Shown piece after piece: positions 62,834 through 64,000 of a DNA stretch of 64,000 bases; position 1 is the stretch's first letter; each line of letters starts with the position of its first letter. The stretch spans positions 3,291-67,290 of the forward strand of contig CAJQKQ010000020.1 in assembly GCA_905478925.1 (NCBI GenBank). Direction: 5' to 3'. The position numbers and the translations under genes were made by a program. The notes below the pieces were generated by a model that was given only the letters and a program-made list of their open reading frames with translations, was not told the DNA's origin and did not search any database. The stretch is from an uncultured Verrucomicrobiales bacterium (GTDB taxonomy: Bacteria; Verrucomicrobiota; Verrucomicrobiia; Verrucomicrobiales; Akkermansiaceae).

Positions 62834-62870
62834 CGAAATTCTAAACTTTAAACCCTAACGAAGAGGGGAT
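62834..62870 (+). repeat. AT-rich heptad-periodic element, subtype 2, copy h
   Basis: CGAAATT CTAAACT TTAAACC CTAACGA AGAGGGG, between yjbQ and nadC. Confidence 0.8.
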
Positions 62871-62880
62871 ATCCAAGGAT

Positions 62881-63723
62881 ATGTCGCACGAGTTGATTAT
62901 GATGGCGCTGGAGGAGGATATCGGTGAGGGCGATGTCACGTCCGAGTATTTCGTGTCGGAAGATCGTGTTGCACGGGCTTTCGTGACGGTGCGCAAGGAC
63001 GGGGTTGTCTCGGGCATCGGGCTGGCGGCGGAGGTTTTTCATGAGGTCGATCCGAATCTGGAGATTCAGGTAATGGTGGAGGACGGTAGCAAGGTTGGCG
63101 CCGGGGCGATGTTGATGCGGGTGGAGGGCAAGGCGCGTTCCATCCTGACGGCGGAACGCACCGCGCTTAATTTTCTCCAGAGGCTCTCGGGCGTTGCGAC
63201 GCTGACTTCCCGGTATGTGGATCTCGTGAAACACACTCGTGCGAAGATTCTGGATACCCGCAAGACGACTCCCGGATACCGGGCGTTGGAGAAGAAGGCG
63301 GTGGCCGATGGAGGCGGCACCAACCACCGCATGGGGCTCTTTGATCGCGCGATGGTGAAGGATAACCACCTTGCCGCCGAGGGAGGGCTGGAAGCCCTGC
63401 AACAGGCAATCCATTTGGTAAAAATGGAGAAGCCTCATGTTGAGGTCGAGCTTGAGGCGGATCGGCTGGATCAGGTTGCAGATTTCCTGAGGCTCGATGG
63501 AGTAGATTACATCCTGCTCGATAACATGTCCCTTGAGGAGTTGCGAGATGCGGGGGAGATGCGCGGAGAGAACCACCGCGTGCGCCTTGAGGCTAGCGGT
63601 GGCGTGAACCTAGAAACGGTGGTAGCGATTGCGGAAACTGAGGTTAATTTTATTTCGGTGGGAGCGCTGACCCATTCCGCCCCAGCGTTGGATATCGGAT
63701 TGGATTTTGTTGATCTAGAATGA
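62881..63723 (+). CDS. nadC: Nicotinate-nucleotide pyrophosphorylase (carboxylating)
   Basis: EDIGEGDVTS, LTAERTALNFLQRLSGVAT, DTRKTTPG, DNHL, LDNM, SGG. Confidence 0.92.
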   Translation: MSHELIMMALEEDIGEGDVTSEYFVSEDRVARAFVTVRKDGVVSGIGLAAEVFHEVDPNLEIQVMVEDGSKVGAGAMLMRVEGKARSILTAERTALNFLQRLSGVATLTSRYVDLVKHTRAKILDTRKTTPGYRALEKKAVADGGGTNHRMGLFDRAMVKDNHLAAEGGLEALQQAIHLVKMEKPHVEVELEADRLDQVADFLRLDGVDYILLDNMSLEELRDAGEMRGENHRVRLEASGGVNLETVVAIAETEVNFISVGALTHSAPALDIGLDFVDLE

Positions 63724-64000
63724 GCGACTTCGATCACATCGCCGCGCAACTGCCGGATCCGTTCCGGCTGCTTTGGCGGGAGAAGGTTTCCTCGACGAAC
63801 GACGAGTTGCGGGCGCTTGCCGAGAAGGGGATGGCGGAGGGCTTGGTGCTTGTTGCGGAGGAACAGGTGGCGGGGCGGGGCAGGAGGGGGGCGGAGTGGT
63901 TTTCGCCCAAAGGCGAGTCGCTGGCGTTTTCCGTCCTGCTGCGGCCGACCGAGCCGAAGGGATTTTGGTCGCGCTTGTCTCTTGTTGCGGGGCTGGCGGT
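63720..64000 (+). CDS. birA: Biotin--[acetyl-CoA-carboxylase] ligase, N-terminal part (cut by window edge)
   Basis: Own translation from the ATG at 63720 (ATGA overlap with the nadC stop): MSDFDHIAAQLPDPFRLLWREKVSSTNDELRALAEKG...EEQVAGRGRRGAEWFSPKGESLAFSVLLRP. This contains the GRGRRG.W.SP signature. The frame is open to the window end. Confidence 0.85.
   Translation, partial: MSDFDHIAAQLPDPFRLLWREKVSSTNDELRALAEKGMAEGLVLVAEEQVAGRGRRGAEWFSPKGESLAFSVLLRPTEPKGFWSRLSLVAGLA

Noticed and set aside
11518-62870. Whether the heptad repeats could be a CRISPR array, a telomere-like repeat (CCCTAAA units occur) or a terminator
   Set aside because: The copies are single 40-60-bp blocks kilobases apart, with no repeat-spacer organisation. 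The CCCTAAA matches are single units within a degenerate heptad series. There is no dyad symmetry or T-run, so they are not intrinsic terminators.

Overview
GC-rich bacterial chromosomal segment. Gene content (PVC-type heme-binding CxxCH protein, Bat/MoxR operon, many signal-peptide hypotheticals) and repeat types suggest a Verrucomicrobiota/PVC-group organism; this is inference, since no search was possible. I call about 65 protein genes and one tRNA-Leu(TAG). I see no rRNA, CRISPR array, transposase or integrase. Two edge-truncated genes missing from the ORF track were found by hand: a secreted protein at 1-667 (-) and birA at 63720-64000 (+). Housekeeping content: kamA, pssA, cbpA-cbpM, lipA, murI, rluD, hisB-hisH, tal, xseB-dxs, an NtrB/NtrC-like pair, rhaB-like kinase, beta-carbonic anhydrase, a CbiX-type chelatase fusion, rpsA, pgsA, gnd, menF-like, yjbQ-nadC-birA. 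Accessory content: three type II toxin-antitoxin modules (two VapBC, one BrnTA), an ECF sigma/anti-sigma/PDZ module, a translationally coupled ParA-like ATPase plus Roadblock-like protein pair, and a complete MoxR-DUF58-DUF4381-BatA-BatB-BatD operon with fused subunits and a coupled menF-like gene. Decay signatures: two gene remnants (DUF5060-like, intradiol-dioxygenase-like), one roughly 1100-aa secreted protein split by a single in-frame TAG, and three enzymes with substituted catalytic motifs. The most unusual unexplained signal is non-coding: a dispersed family of AT-rich elements with a 7-bp period. At least 7 clear copies in two subtypes all lie in the same orientation on the + strand, and each abuts a start codon regardless of gene strand. 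Other non-coding signals are a REP-like inverted-repeat element, a 51-bp perfect palindrome over a vapB start codon, a (GGGGT)4 G-quadruplex motif, and a G-free leader upstream of rpsA. All functional calls rest on motif recognition from memory, not on database searches.
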